Counted from the first letter of the stretch, positions 31,536-41,957 are shown. The stretch: DNA of 64,000 bases from Alphaproteobacteria bacterium (GCA_963422645.2 CAXXVO010000005.1:32001-96000); one strand, 5' to 3'. A program made the numbers and translations. Notes: a model not told the origin generated them from the letters alone.

Positions 31536-32737
31536 ATGGCGGTACTGCAATACAAGACGCTCTCCAACCGCACGGTGGCGGCGCTCGCCGTCGAGCGCGA
31601 CACGGTGTTCTGGGACCGCGAGCTCACCGGCTTCGGGGTCAGGGTCTATCCGACCGGCGGCAAGGTCTTCGTCGCCCAGGCGCGCGGTCCGGACGGGCCG
31701 GACAGGCCGAACAAGCCACGGCGGATCACGGTCGGCCGCCACCCGGTGCTCAGCGCCGAGCAGGCGCGCCAGCGGGCCGCCCTCATCATCGCGCGGGTCA
31801 AGGCCGGGGAGGATCCGGTTCCCCTGCCGCTCCCGGCGAAGTACGCCGGTGGACCGACGATCACCGACCTGGCGGCGCGCTATCTTGAGCAGCATGTCGC
31901 GGTCCGCTGCAAGCCGAAGACGCAGCGCACGGCGCGCAGCGTCGTCAACCGCCACCTCGTGCCGGCGCTCGGCAAGCTCCCGATCGCCGCCGTGGAGCGC
32001 CGGCACGTCATGGCGCTGCACGAGAGCCTGTGCGAGACCCCCGCGATGGCCAACATGGCGATCGAGACCCTGAGCCACATGTACGCCCTCGCCCGAGGCT
32101 GGGGCATGGTGCCCGAGGACCGCGACGATCCCTGCCAGTCTATCCCGATGAATCCCAAGCGCAGGCGGGAGCGATTTCTCACCGATGCCGAATTTACCCG
32201 TCTCGGGCAGGTACTGGACGAGGTCTCGGGCAAGGGCAGCCGGATTTCGGCCGGCGCGGTTACGACGATCCGCCTGCTGATGCTCACCGGTTGCCGCAGA
32301 AACGAAATCCTCACCCTGCGCTGGGAGCATGTCGATCTCGACAAAGCCGAGGTCCGCATCGTCGACGGAAAAACCGGCAACCGCACGGTCCACTTGTCGC
32401 CCTCGGCTGTCCGCGTGCTTCAGGCCCTGCCGCGCAAGCCGCACACTCCCTGGCTTATTCCGGGACTCAAGCCGGGCAAACACATGACCGACATCGACGG
32501 GGCGGGGCGTGGGAGACCATCCGCGCGCGGGCGGGGCTCCACGACGTGCGCGTCCACGACATCCGACACTCCTTTGCCTCAAGGGCGCTTGCGCTCGGCG
32601 AAGGCCTGCCGATCATCGGCCGGCTCCTCGGTCACCGCCGGATGGAGATGACCGCGCGCTATGCGCATCTCGCCCGTGATTCCGTCAGGGAATCCGCCGA
32701 ACGCATCGCCGTCAGCATTGCGGCGGATATCTGGTAG
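31536..32737 (+). pseudogene. Tyrosine integrase with arm-binding domain, frameshift near 32505
   Basis: WDRELTGFGVRV, LTGCRRNEI; HDIRHS and TARYAH lie in a shifted frame. Confidence 0.85.
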
Positions 32738-34370
32738 GCGCTTCAGTCCCGATCGCCCGGACGTAGCGCAAGCATGACCGGCCCCTACGGCGATACTCCA
32801 TTGCTCCACATGCCGGCGGTCGCGCTTCGAGGTCTCCCTCGACCTGACGCGGCAGCGACATCCTTTCCAGCTTCTCGCGGCCATCGCCGTCAGCCCGCTG
32901 GACGTCCCGGCCGTTCGGGCGCATTTCAGCGTCACCTCCAGGCCGGTGCCGGGACCCGTCCCGAGGCCGCTCGGCCCGGCATCGCCTGCGTCGTCGGCCG
33001 AAGCGGCGAGGTCGCGCGGGTGGCTGCAGGCGGCGAAGTCCGCGACGTCCACGAACGGACCGTCGCGGCTGTGCTTGAACTCCCGCCGATCCTAGCCGCT
33101 GTGCCAAGGCAACAACCCCTGTACCGCCCTTGTCTCAGCAGCCTATGGACGGCAACGAACTATAATGGTAACTGCCCAGGTCGTCTGATTTGTCATTTTG
33201 GGCCAGTGGATTGAGGCGTTTCTCGTTCGGAGTTGGTGGAAAGGGCTTGACGGGAATTTCGGGAAATGACTCAACAACGACATGAGCAATCCCGAGTCGC
33301 CGCGCGGCCCTTCGACGGGAGCAGCGCCCGAAACGCCCGCGCAGAAGATCGCCCGCCTGGAGGAGGAGAACGCCCGGCTTCGGGAGGAAAATGCCTGGCT
33401 TCGGCAGCAGAACGCGCGGCTGGAAGAGCAAGTCGCGCGTCTCGTCGAGCGCATCGAGGAGTTGGAGCGCCGTCTCGGCCTCAACAGCGGCAACAGCGGC
33501 AAGCCGCCTTCGAGCGATGGGCTGAGGAAGCCGAATTCGAAGCGGCGAACCCGAAGCCTGCGCGGCAAATCGGGCCGCAAGCCCGGTGGCCAGCCCGGCC
33601 ACAAGGGCAAGACGCTGCGCCGCGCCGATCACCCGGATCGGGTGAAGGATCACGTCCCGGCTTCCTGCAAGGGATGCGGTTCGCCGCTTTCGGACGCGGC
33701 CAGGGCGGGAACGCCCGTCGCCCGCCAGGTGTTCGATCTGCCCGAGCCGAGCCCCCTGGAGGTGACCGAGCACCGGGCGCATGCCAAGTGCTGCGGGCAT
33801 TGCGGGACGGTGACCCGGGCGGCGTTCCCCGACGGGGTGTCGGCGCCGGTGCAGTACGGCCCGCGCATTGCCGGGGTGGCGGTCTACCTTCAGCACGCTC
33901 ACTTCCTGCCGGAGGATCGGCTGTCGCAGGTGATGGCCGAGCTCTTCGGCGCGCCGGTGACGGCTGCGACGTTGGCGACGATGAGCGAGAGGGCGGCCGA
34001 GCGGCTTGCGGGACGCGGCCTTGCACATACAGGACCTGGCGGCGGGCACGGCGCGGGTGAAACACATGGACGAGACCGGCTTGCGGATCGGCGGTCAGAC
34101 GCAGTGGCTTCATGTGATCTGCACGCCGCTGCTGGCGGCGTACCGGGTCAGCGGCAAGCGCGGCGCCCTGCTCTCGGGTGTCTCCGGCATCGTCGTGCAC
34201 GATCACTGGAAGCCGTACTTCGCGATGGAAGGGGTGGAGCACGGCCTGTGCAACGCCCATCACCTGCGGGAGTTGCAGGCGCTGGTGGACATCGAAGGGG
34301 AGGCTTGGGCCCGGCGGATGCAGCAGCTCCTGCGCCGAGCCAATCGCGCCGCCCGCATCGCGCTGGACAA

Positions 34371-36137
34371 AACAGTCATGGTCCCCGCGGTTCTGAGCCA
34401 CCCCGTGGCATGAAACAGGAGCGGTTCGGCTGACGTTTTCCTTGCGCTTGCACCCATTTGCCGTGTCAGGATGGGTATTGGCGGAGGTGGGGACGTGTGA
34501 GCGTCGTTATATCGGTGACGTAGTTCCCGATGACAAAACTGCTTCCGGCGGCCGGCTCCGCACCCCGTATTGTACCCGGCCCGTGGCCGTGGACGCGCGG
34601 CAAATTGCACCGCACCCGCTCGTCGGATGCGTGTTCTTCCGACCGCTGTCCCCGCCTCCACCGTGGCGATGCCACGGCGTGATCGTACGCCGCCGTGGCG
34701 AGAGCGCAAATGAGGAGGAAGGCGATGAAGACGGAAGGCTTGCACGTCGTCCGGCCGCGCGCGGCGGGTCTGGACGTGCACAAGATGGAGATCACCGCGA
34801 CGGTTCGCCTCTGTGAGGGCGAGGGTGAGCCGGTGGTGGAGACGCGCTGCTTCGGCACGCTGCCGAGCGGTCTGGAGGAGATGGTCGCGTGGCTGACCGG
34901 TCACGGCGTCGAGGCTGCGGTGATGGAAGGGACCGGGGTCTACTGGCAGGCGCCCTTCGCGGCCCTGGAGGCGGCCGGGCTCGAGGCGATCCTGGTGCAT
35001 GCGCGTCAGGTGAAGCAGTTGAAGGGGCGCAAGACCGACGTGGCGGACAGCGTGTGGCTGGCCTGCGTGTGCCAGTTCGGGCTCTGCACGCCTTCCCACG
35101 TTCCGCCTGAGCCGTTCCGGGAGCTGCGCGCACTGAGCCGCCAGCGCCGCGTCCTGGTCAGGCAGCGCTCCGCCGTGCGCAACCGCGTGCAGAAGATCAT
35201 CGACCGCGCCGGTGCGCGCATCGGCGGCATCCTCTCCGACGTCTTCGGCGTCAACGGCCGGAAGATCCTCGACGGCCTGGCGCAGGGGACGGCGCGCGAG
35301 GTCATCCTCGCCTCGCTCACCAGCCACGTTGCGAACAAGCTGGAGGGGCTCGGCGAGGCGCTCACCCTGAGCCTGGGCGACAACGACCGCTTCATGCTCA
35401 ACGACCTGCTGGAGGAGCATGACGCGCTTGAGGCGCGCATCGCGTCCTACACCAGGAAGATCGACGGGCAGATGACACCGTGGGAGGAGCAGCTCCGTCT
35501 GCTGACCACCATCCCCGGCATCGACCGCACCGCCGCCTCGACCATCCTCATCGAGATCGGCCCCGACATCGGCGTGTTCGCCTCCAAGGAGCACTTCGCC
35601 GCCTGGGCCGGGCTCTGCCCCGGCAACAACGAGAGCGGGGGCAAGCGCCGCAACGCACGCACCCGCATGGGCTCCAAGACCCTGCGCGCCTGCCTCGTCG
35701 AGTGTGCCCACGGCGCGGCCCGAACCAAGGGGTGCCAGTTCGAGGCTCATCACCGCGCCCTCGCCGCCCGGCGCGGCTACAAGCGCGCCATCGTCGCCGG
35801 CGCTCACAAGATGCTGCGCATCATCTATGTGGTGCTCAAGACCGGCAGGCCCTACTACGACCGCACGGCCGACTACGACGCTCTGATGGTCAAGCGCAAC
35901 GCTCCTCGGTGGATCCGCATGCTCCGCCGCTACGGCTACATCGAGCCCGTAGGCGCGGAACTCAAGGCCGCCTGAGCGGCCCGCATCTCGTCAGCCGGCT
36001 ACGCGGGACCGCTTCGGACCACATCGGGGAAGTCCACCGCTCGTCTCCGCCGCGCCGACCCTGGCGGTCTCAGCCAACGCCGTGACCTCGGGGTTGGAGC
36101 GTCACCGCGCGTCCCTCGCCAGAATCTGTTTCACGGC
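34371..36137 (+). mobile_element. IS110-family element
   Basis: Absent from IS66 copy 2; no TSD; subterminal TGAAACAG (34411-34418) / CTGTTTCA (36126-36133); long 5' non-coding region. Confidence 0.9.
34725..35975 (+). CDS. IS110-family DEDD recombinase/transposase (intact)
   Basis: AGLDVHK, MEGTGVYW, KTDVADS, TIPGI, WAGLCPGNNESGGK; GGAGG upstream. Confidence 0.93.
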   Translation: MKTEGLHVVRPRAAGLDVHKMEITATVRLCEGEGEPVVETRCFGTLPSGLEEMVAWLTGHGVEAAVMEGTGVYWQAPFAALEAAGLEAILVHARQVKQLKGRKTDVADSVWLACVCQFGLCTPSHVPPEPFRELRALSRQRRVLVRQRSAVRNRVQKIIDRAGARIGGILSDVFGVNGRKILDGLAQGTAREVILASLTSHVANKLEGLGEALTLSLGDNDRFMLNDLLEEHDALEARIASYTRKIDGQMTPWEEQLRLLTTIPGIDRTAASTILIEIGPDIGVFASKEHFAAWAGLCPGNNESGGKRRNARTRMGSKTLRACLVECAHGAARTKGCQFEAHHRALAARRGYKRAIVAGAHKMLRIIYVVLKTGRPYYDRTADYDALMVKRNAPRWIRMLRRYGYIEPVGAELKAA

Positions 36138-36847
36138 ATATCGCCGTTCCGGCGAGGCTTGTGGCGCTGATCGAGCGCCGATACGACGAGATCATCGCCG
36201 ATGCGCTGGCCTTTCACGAGAGCCAACCACCGTTCTCGCCTGGCAAGAGGAAGAAGCGCCGGAAGCGAAGGATCGGTCACAATCTGGCCTTGAGGCTGCG
36301 CGACCACAAATGCGCGGTGCTCCGGTTCCTGATCGACCTCGAGGTCGGGTTCACGAACAACGAGGCCGAGCGCGACCTTCGGATGATGAAGCTGCGCCAG
36401 AAGATCTCCGGGGGCTTCCGGTCCGCGCAGGGGGCCGAGAACTTCGCCATCCTGCGCAGCGTCATCACCACCGCCAGAAAGCAGGGCTGGAATATCATCG
36501 AAGCCCTGACCAGCCCATCGGATCGGCTCATCGCCACCGTCAAGTGCGCGTAAGCTCACCTGGCACGGGTTCTCCAACAGCGGAGCCATTCTCATAAACG
36601 ATCATGGTCGACGCCGTGCTGGACCACCCCATAGAATGAAAATCGGTGCCCGTCGCGCGGGCGGACTTCGGGCCACATCGGGGTAGCTTACCGGTCGCAG
36701 TCCGCAAGAGGGGCATCGTGAGCTGTGAAACCCGGCGACCATAGAGGAGCACACGGGCGTCGCGTGGGTAGCGTTGTGCCGAATCCCAGAGAATTTTCAC
36801 AGCAAGAACCTGGGCAGTTACCTATAATGTTACTGTTTTTCGTCAAG

Positions 36848-36866
36848 GTTCAGACTTCCTGACCTC
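36848..36866. repeat. Third copy of the transposase terminal repeat
   Basis: GTTCAGACTTCCTGACCTC identical to 20038-20056. Confidence 0.8.
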
Positions 36867-37055
36867 GTGATGCTGGCTGTTCTGGGCAGCGTGCCGGGAA
36901 CTCCTTGAATTCTGATACATTTCGGTTGTTTCAGGCGGTTTTTCGCTGGGTGTCGCGCCCGAGTGTTGTTAAGCGTCGAATCTTGACCCCCTAGAATCTA
37001 GCTTGTTCAAAGGGTTACAGTGCCGATCGGCGTCGAAAACCCGCGCCGAACAACA

Positions 37056-37160
37056 GCTCGCGTGGTCGCAGACCAGCAGCACGCGCGACGTACTCCCCTG
37101 GTTGAGGGTCTCGAAGGGCGGCGGGTCGCCGGGCCCGAGCAGCGTCGCAGGCTTCGCCAC
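37056..37160 (-). pseudogene. N-formylglutamate amidohydrolase, 5' stub
   Basis: LLGPGDPPPFETLNQGSTSRVLLVCDHAS, then an abrupt TGTTGT junction. Confidence 0.8.
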
Positions 37161-37162
37161 GC

Positions 37163-38305
37163 CTAGACCTTGTAGATGCGGCGCGCGTTCTCGACGCCGA
37201 TCAGGGAGGCGATGCGCTCGGCGTCCGCGCCCGAGCACTCGCCCTCCTCCACCCAGCGGCCGAGCGCGCGGGCAAGCGCGGTGCGGAAGCGCAGCGCGCC
37301 CAGGTAGTAGAGCTCCCCAAGGCCGAAGGCGTCGGTGCTGAAGAGCTGCTTCGTGAAGGGCACGAGCTCCAGCGCCTCGTCCATGATCCGCTGGTAGCTC
37401 GGCCCCACCCAGTTCAACGCGAAGCCCACGTCGAAGTAGACGCAGGGGAAGTTCTCCGACATCAGCCCCGCTTCGCGGTGGAAGGGGTAGCAGTGCAGCA
37501 GCGTGATGGGGAAGCCCCAGGGCTCCACCGCCTTGATCCAGGGCGTGAGATGGCTCGGGTCCACGCGGTGCAGCTCGATGTCGGGATCGCCGATGCCGAT
37601 ATGGAACTGGATCGGGAAGCCCCGCTCGCGTGCGATGTCGGCGCCGGTCCAGATCAGATGCCGCTCCAGCACCGGGTCTGTGAGCCGCACCTGGCCGGTC
37701 TGCTCGATCTCGGCGAGCCAGCGCCCTGCCGCCGCCTCGACCTCGGCGGGCGGCGGCTTCGCGTAGTCGATGCGGAGCGTCGCGCGGTACGCCAGGATCG
37801 ACTTGAGGCCGACGACCTGGTCGCCGAGGGACTCGCGCAAGGCCGCCTGGAAGGCCTGCGCGAAGCCCGCCGCAGAGACGCCGCCCTCAGCGACCCTCTC
37901 GGCGACCGATTCCATGCGCACGATCTCCCGCGCCGGCGCGCCGCCGATCGCGCCCACCTCGGCCACGCCGCAGAGCTCCTCCGGCCGGTTGCCGCTATCC
38001 ACGACATAGGTGCCGATCCCCGACGCGGCGAGGAAGCGCCGGTTCACCTCTTCGGCGCCGATCGCACGCCGGCGCTCGGCATAGTCGGCGGGCGCACAGA
38101 ATGGCTCCAGGTCCAGCAGGGGCGCGCACCAGCGCCGCAGGCTGAGCGCCACCGGCTTGTCCCAGTGGCTGGTGCCCGCCGGCGCCGGCGCAAAGGCCTC
38201 GCTCAGCGAATCGGCAAGCCGCTCGTCATCCAGGTCCACGGGAAAGAGGCCGTGGCAGTGATGGTCCACCAGGGGCAGCGCGTCGATGAAGTCGCTAATA
38301 GGCAT
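37163..38305 (-). CDS. Amidohydrolase-family protein (FluG/NodGS N-terminal type)
   Basis: VDHHCH, GLKSILAYR, QFHIGIGD, LLHCYPF, FSTDAF. Confidence 0.88.
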   Translation of the reverse strand: MPISDFIDALPLVDHHCHGLFPVDLDDERLADSLSEAFAPAPAGTSHWDKPVALSLRRWCAPLLDLEPFCAPADYAERRRAIGAEEVNRRFLAASGIGTYVVDSGNRPEELCGVAEVGAIGGAPAREIVRMESVAERVAEGGVSAAGFAQAFQAALRESLGDQVVGLKSILAYRATLRIDYAKPPPAEVEAAAGRWLAEIEQTGQVRLTDPVLERHLIWTGADIARERGFPIQFHIGIGDPDIELHRVDPSHLTPWIKAVEPWGFPITLLHCYPFHREAGLMSENFPCVYFDVGFALNWVGPSYQRIMDEALELVPFTKQLFSTDAFGLGELYYLGALRFRTALARALGRWVEEGECSGADAERIASLIGVENARRIYKV

Positions 38306-39608
38306 CGAGATAACTCCGAATTACTGCGTCGGGGGCAAGCTCGCCCGCCGCCGCGAGCTCATGGCGCTTGAGCGAAACATAAGCCTGCCAGAGCGGATCG
38401 GGAAACCAGCCGCGCACCGCGTCCTCCGCTTCCGCCGCCGCGAGCGCCTCTTCGAGCGAATGCGGCAGCCAGCGCACGCCGAGCGCTTCTCGTTCCGCGT
38501 CGCTGAGATCGGAGGGATCGCGCTCGACCAGCGGCGGCGTCGGCAGGCCCTCGCGCAGGCCTTCGAGCCCCGCCTGGACCAGCACCGCCAGCGTCACATG
38601 GGGCGAGGCGGCGGCATCGGCCGGCCTGAACTCGAAGTTGTACTGCGCGGCATCGACCCCATCCGGTCCGTGCCGGCCGGAGCAGATGCGGATCGCCGCC
38701 TCGCGGTTGTCGGCGCCGAAGGCCGCGGCCCCGCCCGCCCAGTGGCCCGGCGCGAGCCGCAGGTAGGAGACCGGCGCGGGCGCCGTGAAGGCCGTGAGCG
38801 CCGGCAGGCGACGCATGATCCCCGCGACGAAGCTGCCGGCCTGCGCGGCCACGCCCGCCGGCTGCGCCGGGTCGTGCGAGACCGGCGCACCGTCGAGGTC
38901 TTGTAGGCTCAGGTGCACGTGAACCCCGTTGCCGAACCCCTGCGCCGCAATCATCGGCGTGAAGGTCGCGCGATATCCCTCGCGGGTTGCGACGGCGCGC
39001 ACCAGCTCGCGCACCAGCAGCGCCCGGTCGGCGGCAGCGAGACCCATTGCCGGGCGGCAGTTCACCTCGTACTGGCCGGGGCCGCCCTCCGGCTCGAAGG
39101 TCTCGGGTTCGAGTCCCGCGGCCCGCAGCGCCGCCACCAGCACGGCGCCAAAGCCGAGCGCCTGCTCGTGGGCGATGATGCTGTAGTTGGGCCCAATCCG
39201 CTCCAGCCCCTCCACCAGATAGAACTCCTGCTCGAAGGCGGCCATGAGTCGCAGCCCGAACTCCTCTTCGAGAGCGTCCAGCGCGCGCCGCAGCAAGGCC
39301 CTGAGGCAGGCCTCCCAGGGCGTGCCGTCGGGCGCGATGCCGTCGCAGATATAGGCGTGGAAGGGAGGCTGTTCCGGCCACAGATCGACTCGAGCACCCG
39401 CCTCCCGGTCGGCCACCAGCCAGACATCGCCGAGCGCACCCCAGGGGCTCGGCGCCAGCGTGGAGAGCGGGCCGATCGACTGCGCCACCGGCACCCAGCC
39501 GATGCCGGTCTCGAGACGCCGCTCGAGATCGGCCGCCGGGAAGCCCCGCCCGCGCATGAGGCCGGCCAGATCGGGCCATCCGAAAAAAACCAGCTCCTCG
39601 CCCCGCAT
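38295..39608 (-). CDS. Glutamine synthetase-family ligase
   Basis: AFEQEF, EGGPGQYE, GNGVHVHLSL, NREAAIR, FEFRPAD. Confidence 0.9.
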   Translation of the reverse strand: MRGEELVFFGWPDLAGLMRGRGFPAADLERRLETGIGWVPVAQSIGPLSTLAPSPWGALGDVWLVADREAGARVDLWPEQPPFHAYICDGIAPDGTPWEACLRALLRRALDALEEEFGLRLMAAFEQEFYLVEGLERIGPNYSIIAHEQALGFGAVLVAALRAAGLEPETFEPEGGPGQYEVNCRPAMGLAAADRALLVRELVRAVATREGYRATFTPMIAAQGFGNGVHVHLSLQDLDGAPVSHDPAQPAGVAAQAGSFVAGIMRRLPALTAFTAPAPVSYLRLAPGHWAGGAAAFGADNREAAIRICSGRHGPDGVDAAQYNFEFRPADAAASPHVTLAVLVQAGLEGLREGLPTPPLVERDPSDLSDAEREALGVRWLPHSLEEALAAAEAEDAVRGWFPDPLWQAYVSLKRHELAAAGELAPDAVIRSYLDAY

Positions 39609-39736
39609 CCGCGCCCTCGCCTTGCCGCGCCGCCACTTTAGCCCGCCTTTCTCACCAAGGTCATGGTCTGCGCGTCGTGCGGAAACGCACGCGGCGCTTC
39701 ATGCTATCGTCCGGCCGCAATCGGCGGGAGGGGAGC

Positions 39737-40516
39737 ATGGCGATCACCTTAGAGGGCAAGGCCGCGATCGTGACCGGCGCGGGCCGCGGCATCGGCAAGG
39801 GCATCGCGACGGTGTTCGCGAACGAGGGCGCGAGCGTGCTGGTGGTGAACCGCAGCGCCGCGGCCGGCCAGGCCACGGCCGACGAGATCGCGGCCGCCGG
39901 CGGCGAGGCCTCGTTCCTCCAGGCCGACGTCAAGGAGCGCGCCGACATGGAGCGGATGGCGGCAGCCTGCATCGAGCGCTACGGCGCCATCGACGTCTTC
40001 TGCGCCAACGCCGGGATCTTCCCCACCTCCCACATCGTGGACATGAGCGACGAGACCTGGGACGACGTGCTCGACACCAACCTCAAGGGCGTCTTCTACG
40101 GGATGCGGGCCTGCATCCCGCAGATGAAGGCGCAAGGCCGCGGCCGCATCGTGGTGATCTCGTCGATCACCGGCCCCAATGTCGGCTGGCCCGGGCTCTC
40201 GCACTACATGGCGTCCAAAGGTGGCGTGAACGCGCTCGTCAGGGGCGCCGCGCTGGAGCTCGCCAAGCACGACATCACGGTCAATGCGATCTCCCCCGGC
40301 TCGATCATGACGCCGGGCCTGGTGGAGCTCGGCGGGGAGCAGGTGGAAGAGATCAGGGCGATCATCCCGGCCGGCTATATCGGCGAGACCGAAGACATCG
40401 CCTACGCCGCCGTCTACCTCGCCAGCGACCAGGCGCGCTACATCACCGGCCAGGCGCTGGTGCTGGACGGCGGCCAGATCCTGCCGGAAAGCCCCGCCGC
40501 CCTCGCCGACGCCTGA
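39737..40516 (+). CDS. Short-chain dehydrogenase/reductase
   Basis: TGAGRGIG, NAGI, YMASK, NAISPG. Confidence 0.92.
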   Translation: MAITLEGKAAIVTGAGRGIGKGIATVFANEGASVLVVNRSAAAGQATADEIAAAGGEASFLQADVKERADMERMAAACIERYGAIDVFCANAGIFPTSHIVDMSDETWDDVLDTNLKGVFYGMRACIPQMKAQGRGRIVVISSITGPNVGWPGLSHYMASKGGVNALVRGAALELAKHDITVNAISPGSIMTPGLVELGGEQVEEIRAIIPAGYIGETEDIAYAAVYLASDQARYITGQALVLDGGQILPESPAALADA

Positions 40517-40547
40517 GCCGCGAGCGCCCCGCGCCGAAGCGGCCCAA

Positions 40548-40575
40548 TTGACAAACCCCGCGCCGCCGCTATCGA
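40548..40575 (+). promoter_or_regulatory. Putative sigma70 promoter of tRNA-Arg
   Basis: TTGACA at 40548 with a TATCGA-like -10 just upstream of the tRNA. Confidence 0.5.
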
Positions 40576-40585
40576 TGGTGCAGGA

Positions 40586-40662
40586 GCGCCCGTAGCTCAG
40601 CCGGATAGAGCACTTGATTCCTAATCAAGGGGTCGCAGGTTCGAGTCCTGCCGGGCGCGCCA
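40586..40662 (+). tRNA. tRNA-Arg(CCT)
   Basis: Cloverleaf; anticodon arm CTTGA-TTCCTAA-TCAAG; GTTCGAG T-loop; encoded CCA. Confidence 0.96.
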
Positions 40663-40804
40663 ACTAAATCAATGATTTGCGGGATTGTCCGAACGGCTGC
40701 GACTCGAAGATGCGTCGGCGTGCCACCATTATGTCATCCGTACCGGAGTGGGGCCCCTGGGGCCGGACAGGCGGCTTGAAATGATTTGACCGGAGCGCCA
40801 AGCC

Positions 40805-41650
40805 CTACGCGGGCGTGGGGGCGCCTGGGACGGGGAGCGTCGGGATGCGGTTTACGTCCTTGTAGAGCAGGTAACGAAACTGCCCGGGTCCGCCGGCGTA
40901 ACAGGCCTGCGGGCAGAAGGCGCGCAGCCACATGTAGTCGCCGGCCTCGACCTCCACCCAGTCCTGGTTGAGCCGGTACACCGCCTTGCCCTCCAGCACG
41001 TAGAGCCCGTGTTCCATGACATGGGTCTCGGCGAAGGGAATCGAACCTCCCGGCTGGAAGGTCACGATGTTCACGTGCATGTCGTGGCGCAGGTCGCCCG
41101 AGTCCACGAAGCGCGTCGTTGCCCAGGCGTCGTCGGTGTCCGGCATCGGCACCGGCGGGACGTCATGGTCGGAGGTCACGAAGCACTCGGGCGCGTCGAT
41201 CCCCTCCAGGGGCTGATACGCCTTGCGGATCCAGTGGAAGCAGGCGGGCTCGCTGCCCGCGTTCGCGATCGTCCAGCGCGTGCCCGGCGCCACGTAGGCA
41301 TAGCCGCCCGGCGAGAGCGTGTGTTCCGCGTTGTCGAGCGTGAGCTGCACTTCGCCAGCCATGACGAAGAGCACGCATTCGACGTGGCCGTCCGGCTCGG
41401 GCCGCTCGCTGCCGCCTCCCGGCTCGAGCTCGACGATCGACTGGGAAAAGGTCGTCGCGAAGCCCGCGACCGGTCGTGACAGCACCCACGCCCGCGTGCC
41501 ATTCCAGTGCGGGAAGTAGCTGGTGACGATGTCGCGCAGCACGCCGCGCGGAATGACCGTGTACGCCTCGGTGATCACGGCGCGGTCGGTCAGCAGCGTC
41601 TGCTGCGGCGGAAGGCCGGCCACCGGCGTGAAATAGCGGCGCGCGCTCAT
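40805..41650 (-). CDS. allE: (S)-ureidoglycine aminohydrolase (bicupin)
   Basis: GGGSERPE, DMHVNIVTF, ETHVMEHGLYVLEG, YLLYKDVNR. Confidence 0.9.
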   Translation of the reverse strand: MSARRYFTPVAGLPPQQTLLTDRAVITEAYTVIPRGVLRDIVTSYFPHWNGTRAWVLSRPVAGFATTFSQSIVELEPGGGSERPEPDGHVECVLFVMAGEVQLTLDNAEHTLSPGGYAYVAPGTRWTIANAGSEPACFHWIRKAYQPLEGIDAPECFVTSDHDVPPVPMPDTDDAWATTRFVDSGDLRHDMHVNIVTFQPGGSIPFAETHVMEHGLYVLEGKAVYRLNQDWVEVEAGDYMWLRAFCPQACYAGGPGQFRYLLYKDVNRIPTLPVPGAPTPA

Positions 41651-41770
41651 CGGCCGGCCAGGTCGTGCCCAATGCTCATCGCGCGCGATCCTCCTTCGAC
41701 CTTGCCGCGCCGCGCATGGCCGCCTGCCCGAGAACGACGGTTCATCCGCTTGCGCGGGCTTGTACGAACA

Positions 41771-41847
<77 letters not shown>

Positions 41848-41957
41848 ACCGGCCCGCATGACGCGGCGTATCGCCGCCGCAGGGCCGCGCGCACTATAGC
41901 GCCCGCCTCCGGGCACGGCCAACTCCCTGCGTGGGTATCCGGCAGCCGAGGAAAATC

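Larger units (their letters stand above)
33282..36553 (+). pseudogene. IS66 transposase, frameshifted and interrupted
   Basis: NSGKPPSSD, GGQPGHKG, CxxC, HMDETG, VHDHW, CNAHHLREL, TNNEAERDLR. Confidence 0.9.
33168..36821 (+). mobile_element. IS66-family element (single-ORF type), copy 1, interrupted by IS110
   Basis: Ends GTAACTGCCCAGG...CCTGGGCAGTTAC; 8-bp TSD CTATAATG at 33160-33167 and 36822-36829. Confidence 0.95.

Noticed and set aside
32738-33159. Short ORFs between the integrase and IS66
   Set aside because: No recognisable motif in any frame; cannot support a call.
18744-37055. Single intact Tn7/CAST-like transposon
   Set aside because: No TSD, dissimilar end repeats and no tns or cas genes.
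40663-40800. Possible integrative-element scar after tRNA-Arg
   Set aside because: AT-richer tract present, but no duplicated tRNA 3' end or adjacent integrase was found.
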